This document shows, in pieces, positions 53,208 through 64,000 of a stretch of 64,000 bases of DNA. Both the position numbers and the translations under genes were made by a program. How positions within the stretch are numbered: position 1 is the stretch's first letter; every line of letters begins with the position of its first letter. The notes under the pieces were generated by a model, which made no database searches, was not told the DNA's origin, and worked only from the letters and a program-made list of their open reading frames with translations. The stretch lies in NCBI GenBank assembly GCA_035544875.1, contig DASZZP010000038.1, forward strand, positions 192,185 to 256,184, in the 5' to 3' direction. The DNA comes from Thermoanaerobaculia bacterium. GTDB taxonomy: Bacteria > Acidobacteriota > Thermoanaerobaculia > Multivoradales > UBA5704.

Positions 53208-54626
53208 TCACCGCAGCACCTGCCGCGGGTCGGCGATCTTGCCCGCCACCGCCGCCGCCGCCGCGGTCAGCGGGCTGGCCAGGAAGGTGCGGCCGCCCGA
53301 CCCCTGCCGCCCCTCGAAGTTGCGGTTGCTGGTCGACACCGCATACTCGCCCGCCGCCAGCCGGTCGTCGTTCATCGCCAGACACATCGAGCAGCCCGCC
53401 TCCCGCCACTCGGCGCCCGCCTCGCGAAAGATCCGGTCGAGCCCCTCGGCCTCCGCCTGGCGCTTGATCTGCTGCGAGCCGGGGACGACCAGCGCCCGCA
53501 CGCCGGCTGCGACGCGGCGGCCGGCGAAGATGCTTGCGGCCAGGCGCAGGTCCGACAGCCGCGAGTTGGTGCAGCTGCCGATAAACACGACGTCGATCGG
53601 CCACCCCAGCAGCGGCTGACCGGGCGCCAGCCCCATGTAGCGCAGCGCCTTCTCCTGCCCGGCGTCGCCGGCCGGGTCGGGGATGACCCCGCCGATCGGG
53701 ATCCCCATGCCGGGGTTGGTGCCATAGGTGATCATCGGCTCGAGCGCCGCGGCGTCGATCCGCACCGTGCGGTCGAAGCGCGCACCCTCGTCGGAGGGGA
53801 GCGCCCGCCAGCGGCCGAGCGCTGCCTCCCACTCCCGCCCCTGCGGCGCGCCCGGGCGGCCGCTCAGGTACTGATAGGTATGGTCGTCGGGAGCGATCAT
53901 GCCGGCCCGCGCCCCGGCCTCGATCGACATGTTGCACACCGTCATCCGCTCCTCCATCGACAGGGCGCCGGCGCACTCGCCGCGGTACTCGACAGCGAGG
54001 CCGGTGGCGCCGCCGACGCCGATCTGGGCGATCACCCCCAGGATCAGGTCCTTGGCGGTCACTCCCGGCTGCAGGCGGCCGTCGATCTCGACCGCCATGG
54101 TGCGCGGACGGCCGAGCAGCAGGCATTGCGTGGCCAGCACCTGGGCGACTTCGCTGGTGCCGATGCCGAAGGCCAGCGCGCCGAAAGCGCCATGAGTGCT
54201 GGTGTGGCTGTCGCCGCAGACGATGGTCATTCCCGGCTGGGTGAGCCCGAGCTCGGGGCCGATGACGTGCACGATCCCCTGCCTCCCGCTCTCCACGCCA
54301 TACAGGCGGATCCCGAGCTCGGCGCAGTTGCTCTCCAGCGCCGCCACCTGCGCCGCCGCCTGCGGGTCGTGCACCACCAGCCGGCCGCCGGCCGGGCGCG
54401 GCGTGGTGGGGATCGCATGGTCGACTGTCGCCACGGTGCGCTCCGGCCGGCGCACCGGCAGGCCGCGCTCGCGCAGCTGGGCAAAGGCCTGCGGCGAGGT
54501 CACCTCGTGCACCAGGTGGAGATCGACGTAGACCACCGCCGGCGTCTCGGCAGAGGCCGCGCGGACCAGGTGAGCGTCCCAGATCTTGGCAAACAGCGTG
54601 CGCGGCGCTCCGCTGCCGTCCATCAT
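53208..54626 (-). CDS. leuC: 3-isopropylmalate dehydratase large subunit
   Basis: ...[25 protein letters not shown]...[14 protein letters not shown]...[10 protein letters not shown]... (aconitase-family 4Fe-4S ligands). Tandem ATG start at 54626 with a GGAAGG...GGTGGA RBS. Confidence 0.9.
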   Translation of the reverse strand: MMDGSGAPRTLFAKIWDAHLVRAASAETPAVVYVDLHLVHEVTSPQAFAQLRERGLPVRRPERTVATVDHAIPTTPRPAGGRLVVHDPQAAAQVAALESNCAELGIRLYGVESGRQGIVHVIGPELGLTQPGMTIVCGDSHTSTHGAFGALAFGIGTSEVAQVLATQCLLLGRPRTMAVEIDGRLQPGVTAKDLILGVIAQIGVGGATGLAVEYRGECAGALSMEERMTVCNMSIEAGARAGMIAPDDHTYQYLSGRPGAPQGREWEAALGRWRALPSDEGARFDRTVRIDAAALEPMITYGTNPGMGIPIGGVIPDPAGDAGQEKALRYMGLAPGQPLLGWPIDVVFIGSCTNSRLSDLRLAASIFAGRRVAAGVRALVVPGSQQIKRQAEAEGLDRIFREAGAEWREAGCSMCLAMNDDRLAAGEYAVSTSNRNFEGRQGSGGRTFLASPLTAAAAAVAGKIADPRQVLR

Positions 54627-54658
54627 TCCACCGCCTTCCGCCCGGCTCTGTCCGCCCG

Positions 54659-56203
<1,545 letters not shown>

Positions 56204-56227
56204 CGGATCCTCCTCGCAAGCTGTCCA

Positions 56228-56258
56228 TAAAAGCGAAAACCCCCGATCGGTCTCGGGG
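56228..56258 (-). terminator. Intrinsic terminator / putative attenuator hairpin immediately upstream of leuA
   Basis: On the minus strand: cccccga-gaccga-tcggggg (7-bp GC stem, 6-nt loop) followed by ttttcgctttt, 25 nt before the leuA RBS GAGGAGGA. The upstream neighbour is divergent, so this is not a terminator for an upstream gene. Confidence 0.6.
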
Positions 56259-56288
56259 GTTCTCGGCGGAGCGGCTTGAGCGTCGTTG

Positions 56289-56423
56289 CTTAGCGGGCCG
56301 CCGGCCCCCCCGAGATGGAGAGGGTAAGAGCCAGCAGCGCCAGCGACTGGGCAGAGAGGCCCAGCGGCGCCGGCGTCGCGGCGGCGAATCCCGAGCTGCG
56401 GAAGCTTGGCCGGCTAGTGCTCA
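56289..56423 (-). promoter_or_regulatory. Putative Leu-rich leader peptide ORF of a leucine attenuator (44 aa)
   Basis: Minus-strand ORF MSTSRPSFRSSGFAAATPAPLGLSAQSLALLALTLSISGGPAAR* has 7 Leu in a 16-residue stretch. Its TAA stop lies about 30 nt before the terminator hairpin. Confidence 0.35.
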
Positions 56424-56564
56424 TTGGCAGCGCACCCTAAGGCATGCTCCGACACCCTGTCAAGTGTCAGGGGTCGCTTGGTCGCTTGCGCCAGGGGCGC
56501 GCTGAGGCCGAGCCGCGAGCGTCAAGGCGCGCAAGGTGTGTTATGATTGTTATGGAGATGTTCT

Positions 56565-58758
56565 ATGCATAGAGAAGCTTGGATTCGCGCGGCGCGCCTG
56601 GCCCTCCGCCGACTGGCGCTTGCCGCATTCGCCTTCCTCCTGGCGGTGCTCGCAGAGCTCCCGCTGGCGGCGGGGGATGGTGTCTGGACACCGGTCGGTC
56701 CCACCGGCGGTTCGGTGACCGCCCTGGCGATGTCGCCGTCCACGGGGACGATCTACGCGGCGACCGCCAATGGCGGCGTCTTCAAACGAGCAACCAGCCG
56801 CGGCGGCCCCTGGGTCCCGGCGCGCGCCGGGCTGCCCACGAATTTCTACAACGCGGTGCTTGCCCTGGCCCTGGCGCCGGTCACTCCCGACGTGCTCTAT
56901 GCGAGCACCGCGACCGCGCTCTCGCGCTCCGCCGACGGCGGCGCCAGCTGGTCGCGCATTCTCGGCGGAGAGTTCTTCCCCGTGGCGGTCGCCCCACGAG
57001 ACCCGGCGACGGTTTACGTAATTGCCGAAAGCGTCGGCATCGGAAAGAGTACCGACGGCGGAGCCAGCTGGCAGTTCTCGACCCAGGGCCTGACGTTCCC
57101 GTACTTGTTCAATGCGATCGCGGTCGATCCACGCAGCGCGGACACGGCCTACGTGGCCGGCTTCGGCATCGTCTTCAAGACCACGGACGGCGGCGGACAC
57201 TGGACTCCAGCCGGTCCCATGCCGAGATCGCTCGACGTGGCGAGCTTGACGATCGATGCCGCGGACCCCGACACGGTGTACGTGGCGGGCCGGCAGCAGA
57301 TCCTGAGGAGCGCCGATGGCGGCGCGAGCTGGACCGACATCACCCCCGACCCGAATTTCGGCTACGGACCGCTCGCCCTCGCACACTCCCCGGCGGCACC
57401 CTCTTCACCTGGGGCGATCCTCTACGCGGCGGCGGGCCGGTTCCTCTTCGGCAGCCTGAACGGAGGAACCACCTGGACCCGGCAGCACCTGCCCGCGATG
57501 ATCCTGTCCGTCGCGGCCGATCCCGCCGACCCCGGCCACGTCGAGATTGGGCTCGACGGCCTGGGCGTCTGGCGAAGCCTGGATGGCGGACACAGCTGGC
57601 GGCCCGCCAACCGCGGGCTGCGGGCCACGACGGTCACCCTGGTGGCGGCAGACCCGCATGTCTCGGGAAGCCTCTACGTCGCCGACGAGAGCGGCCAGAA
57701 CCACGAGAGCCTGGGCGTGCGGACGAGCCGCGATGGCGGGGTGAGCTGGAGCGCCGCAAGCGGCGGGCCCGCCCTCGCCGGCGGTGACCCTCTGCAAGTC
57801 AGCCGGATCGTCGTCGATCCCCGCCGGGCCGGCGCTCTCTATGCGCTCACCATCTCCGGGCTGTTCGCGAGCGGCGACGGCGGCGCGAGCTGGCAGCGTC
57901 GAGCGGAGAGCCTCGCCGGTCACCTCGACTGGATGCTCGACATGGCTTTCGATCCGCGCAACCCGAACTGGATCTACCTGGTCCGGCCTCACTTTCTACT
58001 GTCCATCCACCGAGCCAGATATCTGCCTTCATCATACGATCACGGTCTACCACGCGGCGCGCAGCCGCGACGGCGGCGCCCACTGGACCATCGTCTCAGG
58101 CGGTCCCTTCGGGCCGCCCGGCGTCGGCGCCGGCAACGGCGCCACCTGGACCTCCATCGCCGTCACCCCGGAAGGCTTCGTCTATGTCGCCGGCTCACAG
58201 CTCGTGTCGAGCCTCGACGGCGGCATCACCTGGCAGCCCATCCACCCGCCGCCGGCAACGACGAGCGCGACGCCCATCGCACGCCTCTTCCTCGCGCCCC
58301 CGCCGCCCGCGGCGAGCAAGACGGCAGGGCTCGGAACCGCGGATGAAGCGGCTCCCTCCGCCGCCGCCGGCGCCAGAACGGCGGCGCGCGAGCTCTACGC
58401 TGTGGTCCCAACCGCGCCGGGCTTTGGCCAGTTCGAGGCGCTCTTCGGCAGCCGCGACGGCGGCCGCAGCTGGAGCGCTGCAGGAGCGGGCCTGCCCGTG
58501 CCCATCCACATCGGAGACCTGGTCACCGCGCCTCCTGCCGCCGCCACGGGCACTCAAGCCCGTCCCTCGTTGGCGCTCTATCTGTCCACCGATCAGGGCG
58601 TCTTCACCGCCGAGCCCGGCCAGAGCTGGCAGCCGCTCGCCGAGGGGCTCGAGGATCTGACCGTCCACTCCCTGGCCGTCGATCCGGCGACCGGCACCCT
58701 CTATGCGGGCACCGAGCGCGCGGGCGGCCTCTTCTCCTTCACGCCGCCGCCGCCGTAG
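56565..58758 (+). CDS. Secreted BNR/Asp-box repeat protein (Ycf48/sortilin-like multi-propeller), reading frame interrupted near 58000
   Basis: Signal peptide MHREAWIRAARLALRRLALAAFAFLLA. At least 10 repeats of the form xxYxxT....S.DGGxSW. Frame 1 (to about 57985) and frame 2 (from about 58020) both carry the repeats. The switch coincides with a 55-nt AT-rich patch. GGAGA RBS before ATG 56565. Confidence 0.6.
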
Positions 58759-59009
58759 CCGGCGCCTCCACTCCACTTGACAGCCGCCCGGGAGCTTCGG
58801 GTAGAGTGTCGTTCTTCTGCAGCTGAGCGCAGAAACCGACTTCAATGCACGGCCGCCGATTTACCTACGCCACCTACATCTGGCGCTTCTCCTTTGCGGG
58901 AGGAGCGGTAGGAGCGGGACCGTGCGCGGGCCCTGGCTCTGCTGGCCCTGAAGGGTGAGAGTGATCCAAGACCAGACAAGCTAAACCGGCGCAGCAGATT
59001 GCAACCCGA

Positions 59010-59050
59010 ACCAGCCGCGACTCCCGCAAGGGATCGCGGCTGGTTTTTTT
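59010..59050 (+). terminator. Strong rho-independent terminator (GNRA-loop hairpin + T8)
   Basis: ccagccgcgac-tccc-gcaa-ggga-tcgcggctgg followed by tttttttt. Lies 33 nt upstream of the DAHP synthase start codon. Confidence 0.7.
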
Positions 59051-59082
59051 TCCTCCGGCCGGCTACCAGGAAAGAGGAAAAG

Positions 59083-59991
59083 ATGCGAACTGAGACCCGC
59101 CCCGACCCGCCGCCCGCCTGCCTGCCGGCGCCCGCCTGCCTGCTCTCCAGCCGGCAAGCCAGGCAGCAACCGACCGTGGTGCGGATGCGAGGAGTCGCGA
59201 TCGGCGGCGGCGCCGTCGCGGTGATCGCCGGTCCGTGCTCCGTCGAGTCGCGCCCCCAGCTCCTGGCCACGGCGCGCGCGGTACGCGCCGCCGGCGCCTC
59301 GATGCTGCGCGGCGGCGCCTACAAGCCCCGCACCTCGCCCTATGACTTCCAGGGGCTGGGGCTCGAGGCGCTGGGGCTGCTGCGCGAAGCGAGCGCCGAG
59401 ACCGGGCTCCCCGTGGTCACCGAGGTGATGGGCACCGAGGACGTCGACATCGTGGCGGATCATGCCGACATGCTGCAGGTCGGTGCCCGCAACATGCAGA
59501 ACTTCCCTCTGCTGCGCTGCCTGGCGCGCATCGACCGCCCCGTCCTGCTCAAGCGCGCTCCCTCGGCCACCATCAAGGAGTGGCTGCTCGCCGCCGAGTA
59601 CCTCCTGGCCGGCGGCAACTCCCAGGTGGTGCTCTGCGAGCGCGGCATCCGCTCCTTCGACACCGAGATGCGCAACACCTTGGACATCGCCGCCGTGGCC
59701 CGGGTGCGTGAGCTCTCCCACCTGCCGGTCATCGTCGACCCCTCGCATGCCACCGGCCGCCGATCGCTGGTCCCCGCCGCCGCCCGCGCCGCCCTGGCCG
59801 TCGGCGCCGACGGCCTGATGATCGAAGTCCATCCCGATCCCGACCGCGCCCTCTCCGACGGTGCCCAGTCGCTCCCCCTGGACGCCTTCGCCCGCCTCAT
59901 GGAGAGCCTCGCCGCTCCGGCAGCGATCTTTCATCCCTCGGGATCGGCACCGCCGGTGGGACCTAAGATCAGAAAGAAGGTGTTGAACTGA
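59083..59991 (+). CDS. aroF: 3-deoxy-7-phosphoheptulonate (DAHP) synthase, type I-beta (KDO8PS-like fold)
   Basis: ...[46 protein letters not shown]...VVTEVMG...[12 protein letters not shown]... AAGAGGA RBS before ATG 59083. Confidence 0.85.
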   Translation: MRTETRPDPPPACLPAPACLLSSRQARQQPTVVRMRGVAIGGGAVAVIAGPCSVESRPQLLATARAVRAAGASMLRGGAYKPRTSPYDFQGLGLEALGLLREASAETGLPVVTEVMGTEDVDIVADHADMLQVGARNMQNFPLLRCLARIDRPVLLKRAPSATIKEWLLAAEYLLAGGNSQVVLCERGIRSFDTEMRNTLDIAAVARVRELSHLPVIVDPSHATGRRSLVPAAARAALAVGADGLMIEVHPDPDRALSDGAQSLPLDAFARLMESLAAPAAIFHPSGSAPPVGPKIRKKVLN

Positions 59992-60218
59992 TATTACTAG
60001 CGGAATGTGAAAGAGGCAGGTTATCCGTCTGGAGCCGGCATCGCGGTGAAGAGGTTTGCGTTACAGCTGCGCGATCGCGGCTGAAGACACGGCGGACATC
60101 ACCTTGCGAATTGGGACGGCGGCACGCGGCTACGGCGATCAGCGGACCACGCGCCGCTCAGCGACCTGGGCCCTCGAGCGCTCGCCGACGGCGCGGCAAG
60201 GCCAGAGGGAGGCTCTCT

Positions 60219-60428
60219 TCAAGCTTTGCGCGCGCGCTTGGTGGCTGTCTTCTGCTCTTTCTTGCCGCGCTTGTTCCACTCTTCCACCGCTTCGTCGAGA
60301 CTGTTCCGGTCGCTCGACCGGCCCAGGCAGGATGCGCACTGGATCCAGAACCAGCGCCCCCTAATGTATGAAACACTCTTCGCTTCGGCTTTGCCCCCGC
60401 ATTCACATGGTGCAAGCTGCTGTCTCAT
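60219..60428 (-). CDS. Lar-family (restriction-alleviation protein-like) small zinc-ribbon protein
   Basis: MRQQLAPCECGGKAEAKSVSYIRGRWFWIQCASCLGRSSDRNSLDEAVEEWNKRGKK matches the Lar family pattern (C-x-C...C-x2-C...eA...WN.R). Strong GGGAGGA RBS. Low-GC island. Confidence 0.55.
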   Translation of the reverse strand: MRQQLAPCECGGKAEAKSVSYIRGRWFWIQCASCLGRSSDRNSLDEAVEEWNKRGKKEQKTATKRARKA

Positions 60429-60701
60429 CAGATCCTCCCTCGTCGTTAGCGCGTAGGATAGCACTTCTCCGCGATCTTTGATCATAACGCGGCGATTTTC
60501 GTACCGCAGCCAGCCAGTGTTTGCGCATAGCACGCGGCAGTGTTTGCGCACATCCCAGCATGATCGGCGGGCGGTCAAGACGATTGAAGATCGTGATGCG
60601 GGAAATCTTCAGTCAACTCGTTGCGGCTCGAGCCCGGTTGCCGCCCGTATACTGCTGCCGAGCGTGAAGCCTTTCTCTGAACGCGCGGGCCTTGCGCGGC
60701 C

Positions 60702-61218
60702 TTGCCCGCGCCTCATTCGAGCGGAGGTCGGCAAACCTTGCCGAGAGACAGTCCCGCCACCGGCCGGCCGCTGCGCGAGCTGGCGTGGCTCTATCTGAAG
60801 CTGGGCACCATCGCCTTTGGCGGCCCGGCGGCGCACATCGCCATGATGGAGGACGAGGTGGTCCGCCGCCGCGGCTGGCTCAACCGCGAGCGCTTCGCCG
60901 GCGGCGCGCGGCGCGCTCTACGGGATCAAGCCGGTGGTCATCGCGATCGTGTTGCAGGCCCTCTGGCGGCTGGGCACGAAGGCGGTCAAGGGCCGGCTCC
61001 TTGCCGGCATCGGCATCGCCGCCCTGGTTGCCGCGGCGCTCGGCGCCAACCTGGTGATCGTGCTCCTCCTCGCGGCGCTCTGCGCCGCGGGCGGCGCTGA
61101 TCGACCTCCCCGCGCTCCTGATCGCCGCCGCCGCCGCGGCGCTCCTGCTCTGGCGCAACGTCAACTCCGCCTGGCTGGTGCTGGCCGGCGCCCTAGCCGG
61201 CATGGCCCTCGCCCGCTG
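60702..61218 (+). pseudogene. chrA: Chromate transporter (ChrA) gene remnant with ~60-aa internal deletion and two frameshifts
   Basis: Frame 1: LRELAWLYLKLGTIAFGGPAAHIAMMEDEVVRRRGWLNRERF (ChrA N-terminal motif). Frame 2: ALYGIKPVVIAIVLQALWRLGTKAVKGRLLAGIGIAALVAAALGANLVIVLLLAAL. Frame 3: LIDLPALLIAAAAAALLLWRNVNSAWLVLAGALAGMALAR*. Confidence 0.55.
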
Positions 61219-61399
61219 ATCGGCGGCGAGCCCGCCTACCAACCGGTTTGAGAAAGCCTCTCTTTCGAGGCTCGGCGAAATCCCTACGCAAAGCGGTTGA
61301 AGAAGCGGATCACGATCTGGCTGGAGGTCGGACCCTTGACTACTTCGGGGCACTCTCCGATGAGCCAACTAAACTCATCGCACTTCTCGAGCAATGCAC

Positions 61400-61600
61400 G
61401 TCATGGTCGTGCTTCGGCATGAATGCCCAAGTCGGCTAGGCCGCATGCCCGCGCAGACAATCGATGCTGCCGGGCAGATCCCGAATGAGTCGAAGCAGCA
61501 TGTCCATTGCGGCAGCTTGCACGTTCCGCCCCGCTTCCCAGCGAGACACCGTGTTCGCTCCGAGCCGCAGCAAGCGCGCGAGGACGGGCGCTCAACTTTT
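61400..61600 (-). pseudogene. Degenerate XRE-family HTH regulator remnant (frameshifted, N-terminally truncated)
   Basis: Minus-strand frames give ...REKLSARPRALAAARSEHGVS then, with a +1 shift, TVSRWEAGRNVQAAAMDMLLRLIRDL, which is the LA...gvS..TVSRWE.G helix-turn-helix signature. No intact start. Confidence 0.3.
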
Positions 61601-61759
61601 CCCGCTCTCCTCCGTACCTAGCAGCTGGAAGTCCCGTGCCGGTCTCCCCGCGGTGCCGCTCGCAGGCGCCCCGGGCTCGGGCGCCAGCGGTCCTCCGCCG
61701 AGGGCCGCGGCGCCAGCGCAGCGGCGCGGTCCCAACTCACCTCATTGGAGGAAAAGCTC

Positions 61760-63022
61760 ATGGCAAGGAAATCTCGTCATCCCGAGGCGTTCAGAGCACG
61801 CGCCCTGCTGCGGTCGCTGCGGTCGCTGCCGTCGGTGCGGTCGCTGCCCGCTCTGCCTGCTCTGATCATCGGCCTCGTCAGCCCCGCTCCGATCGCCCTG
61901 CTGGCGGTCATGGCCCTGGCGGCCCCCGCCGCCGCCCAGTTCACCGGCCCCACCACACCGCCCTCCGGCGGCGCCCAGCGGCAAGCCATCACCCAGCAAA
62001 TCGGCCTGGTCAAGGTCACCATCGACTACAGCAGCCCCCACGTGCACAGCCCCGCCGGCGTCGACCGCCGCGGCAAGATCTGGGGCAAGGGGAATCTGGT
62101 GCCCTACGGCATGGCCAACCTGGGCTTCGGCACCTGCGGCGACGAGTGCCCCTGGCGGGGCGGCGCCAACGAGAACACCGTCTTCACCACGACGAACGAC
62201 GTCAAGGTGCAGGGGCAGACACTGCCCGCCGGATCCTACGGCCTCCACTTCATCCCCGGCCCGGACGAGTGGACGATCATCTTCTCCAAGAACCACACCG
62301 CTTGGGGAAGCTTCTTCTATGACGCGAAGGAAGATGCCCTGCGCGTCAAGGCCAAGCCGGCCAAGAGCGAGTACTACGAGGACGTGACCTACGAGTTCCG
62401 CGACCGCAAGCTCGACCATGCGACCGCAGTGCTGCGCTGGGAAGAGCTCGAGTTGCCCTGGGCGATCACGGTCGACAACGCCAACGACCTCTATGTCGAC
62501 AACATGCGCCGCGAGCTGCAGTCGGCCGCCGGCTTTAGCTGGGAGGGCTGGAACATCGCCGCCGGCTTCTGCCTCCTGAACAAGACCCACGTCGACCAGG
62601 GTCTGGAGTGGGCCAAGAAGGCGGCCGACCCGGCCGGCCCCGGGCAGGAGAACTTCACCACCCTCATCACTCTGGCCGAGCTCGAGCAGGCCAACGGCCA
62701 TGCCGCGGAGTCCAAGAAGGCGCGCGACAAGGCGTTGCGCCACCCGACGGCCAACCCTGCCGATCTCCACCAGTACGGCCGCCAGCTCATCGGCCAGAAG
62801 CGCGCGGCCGACGCGATGGAGGTCTTCCAGCTCAACGCCAAGCTCCACCCCAACGCCTGGCCTGTCCACGTCGGGCTCGCCCGCGGTCACTCGGCCCTCG
62901 GCCACTACAAGGAAGCGCTGGCGGAGGCCCAGCTCGCCCTGCCGCAGGCGCCGAACTCGCCCAGCCGCAAGCAGCTCGAGCAGCTGATCGAGACGCTCAA
63001 GGGGGGCAAAGACATCAACTGA
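61760..63022 (+). CDS. Secreted DUF2911-domain protein with C-terminal TPR-like region
   Basis: GGAGGA RBS, ATG 61760, signal peptide with an LRSLRSLPSVRSLPALPAL tandem repeat. ...VKVTIDYSSPHVHSPAGVDRRGKIWGKGNLVPYGMANLGFG...WRGGANENTVFTTTNDVKVQGQTLPAGSYGLHFIPG..EWTIIFSKN (DUF2911 signature). Confidence 0.65.
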   Translation: MARKSRHPEAFRARALLRSLRSLPSVRSLPALPALIIGLVSPAPIALLAVMALAAPAAAQFTGPTTPPSGGAQRQAITQQIGLVKVTIDYSSPHVHSPAGVDRRGKIWGKGNLVPYGMANLGFGTCGDECPWRGGANENTVFTTTNDVKVQGQTLPAGSYGLHFIPGPDEWTIIFSKNHTAWGSFFYDAKEDALRVKAKPAKSEYYEDVTYEFRDRKLDHATAVLRWEELELPWAITVDNANDLYVDNMRRELQSAAGFSWEGWNIAAGFCLLNKTHVDQGLEWAKKAADPAGPGQENFTTLITLAELEQANGHAAESKKARDKALRHPTANPADLHQYGRQLIGQKRAADAMEVFQLNAKLHPNAWPVHVGLARGHSALGHYKEALAEAQLALPQAPNSPSRKQLEQLIETLKGGKDIN

Positions 63023-63044
63023 GGTCCCACCGACGGTGCCGTTA

Positions 63045-63192
63045 CCGAGGGATGAAAGGCGCTGCGATATGGCGGTGGAGGCCTACTCGAAGCATCGATC
63101 GGGTCTCCCCCCGCAACCCCTCGATCCCCTTCCCACCCCTCCGGGGGGGAAGGGGACGCCCCCTCCCCTGCGCACGGACCAATCTCGTCTTT
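63045..63192. repeat. Copy B of the ~150-nt repeated intergenic element (no REP insertion)
   Basis: About 85% identical to the core of 48514..48778, including the G-rich palindrome ggggggaaggggacgccccctcccc at 63149..63172. Lies 53 nt upstream of the lipoprotein gene start. Confidence 0.65.
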
Positions 63193-63244
63193 GCCTGGTC
63201 CGCGGCATTGTGCCCGGCGATGAGAAGCGGATGGCGGGTATACT

Positions 63245-64000
63245 TATGCGCGTGCATCCAGTGCGGACCGGGGTGCGCCGTCTCGGCGCTTCGCTCGCGG
63301 GAGCGCTCGCCTTGGGCGCTTGCGCTCAGGCGCCGCCCCCGGCTCTGGTCTACAACAAAACGGACCCCCCTGCCGCTCCAGGCAAGAGCGCGCCCGCCGG
63401 CCAGAGCGAGGCCGACGAATACACCCGCTACGAGCTGCTCGAGCCGGCGAGCTCGAAGTTCCACATCCTCTACGAGGTGACCGCCACCACGCCGGGCGCC
63501 GCGGCCTTCTATAACCCGATCCGCAAGGGGAGCGAGGCGAGCGGCGAGGCGGTCTTTGACCAGGCCACCTCGGCGCCGCTCCCTTTCACCGTGGTGAGCG
63601 GCGCCGAGGCCAAGGCCGCCGGCCTCGACGACGCCGATCCGGCGACCAGCTACATCCGCGCCGCGCTGCCCCACCCGGTGCCGGCAACGGGAGGCGTGCG
63701 GCTGCTGATCGAAAAGACTTACCTCGACCCGAAGAGCTACTACCGCGAAGGGGACGACCGCATCGTCTTCTCCCGCTCGCTGGGCATTCGCCGCAACGCG
63801 GTCGTGCTGCCCGCCGGCTATGAGGTGGTCGCCGCCAACGTCCCGGCCCAGGTCCTGACCGAGCCGGACGGCCGCATCAAGGTGAGCTTCGTCACGACCG
63901 GCCCCGGCGCGCCGCCGGTGCTGATCCGGGCTAGGGCCGCCACCCGTCCGGCGCCACCTGCCGCCGCCGCGCCGATCGCCCCGAACGCTCCAGGCTCCGC
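63245..64000 (+). CDS. Putative lipoprotein, 3'-truncated by the window end
   Basis: MRVHPVRTGVRRLGASLAGALALGACAQ (lipobox LALGAC). Open reading frame continues to the last base. No recognised domain. Confidence 0.55.

Noticed and set aside
58900-59010. Possible T-box riboswitch upstream of aroF
   Set aside because: No match to the conserved T-box sequence (AAUUAGGGUGGNACCGCG) or a specifier-loop architecture. Only a plain terminator is present.

Overview
The window is a high-GC (about 70%) bacterial chromosomal segment. The ADOP-type duplicated FtsX permease with a PadR regulator, the many secreted PQQ-like beta-propellers and the TonB-dependent receptor suggest an Acidobacteriota-like soil bacterium; this is inference only.

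Gene content by region:
- 1-11 kb: thioredoxin-like fragment, OmpR-type response regulator with sensor kinase, GerW/YtfJ-like protein, secreted hypothetical, GGDEF diguanylate cyclase, HAD hydrolase, PadR plus ADOP permease.
- 11-23 kb: two coupled hypothetical genes, then a minus-strand glycan-modification locus (GT-C-like membrane protein, GT4, DegT aminotransferase, PP-loop ATPase, pyruvyl-transferase::GT2 fusion). A decayed tandem duplicate of the last two genes is separated from the intact copy by a RelE/ParE toxin with an AbrB/MazE antitoxin. A low-GC islet follows at 22.9-24.0 kb.
- 24-48.5 kb: 16 co-directional, tightly spaced minus-strand genes. They encode a 4TM protein, a 1275-aa dual-FtsX permease with ABC ATPase, GT4, a sodium:solute symporter with DUF3311, a halogenase-like flavoenzyme, a TonB receptor, a HemN-like radical SAM enzyme, an Fe-alcohol dehydrogenase, a LuxC-like reductase, a LuxE/PaaK-like adenylating enzyme and four PQQ-like beta-propellers.
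- 48.5-64 kb: two families of repeat elements, a SnoaL-like protein, a transglutaminase-like protein, a frameshifted BrnT with a BrnA-like antitoxin, leuBDCA with an upstream attenuator-like terminator and Leu-rich leader ORF, a frameshifted BNR-repeat protein, DAHP synthase preceded by a strong terminator, a decayed low-GC island (Lar-like protein, chrA pseudogene, XRE remnant), a DUF2911/TPR protein and a partial lipoprotein.

No rRNA, tRNA or CRISPR array was recognised by eye. The most promising candidate for a new system is the 24-48.5 kb cluster, which I propose (inference) makes and exports a modified fatty-alcohol-derived glycolipid.
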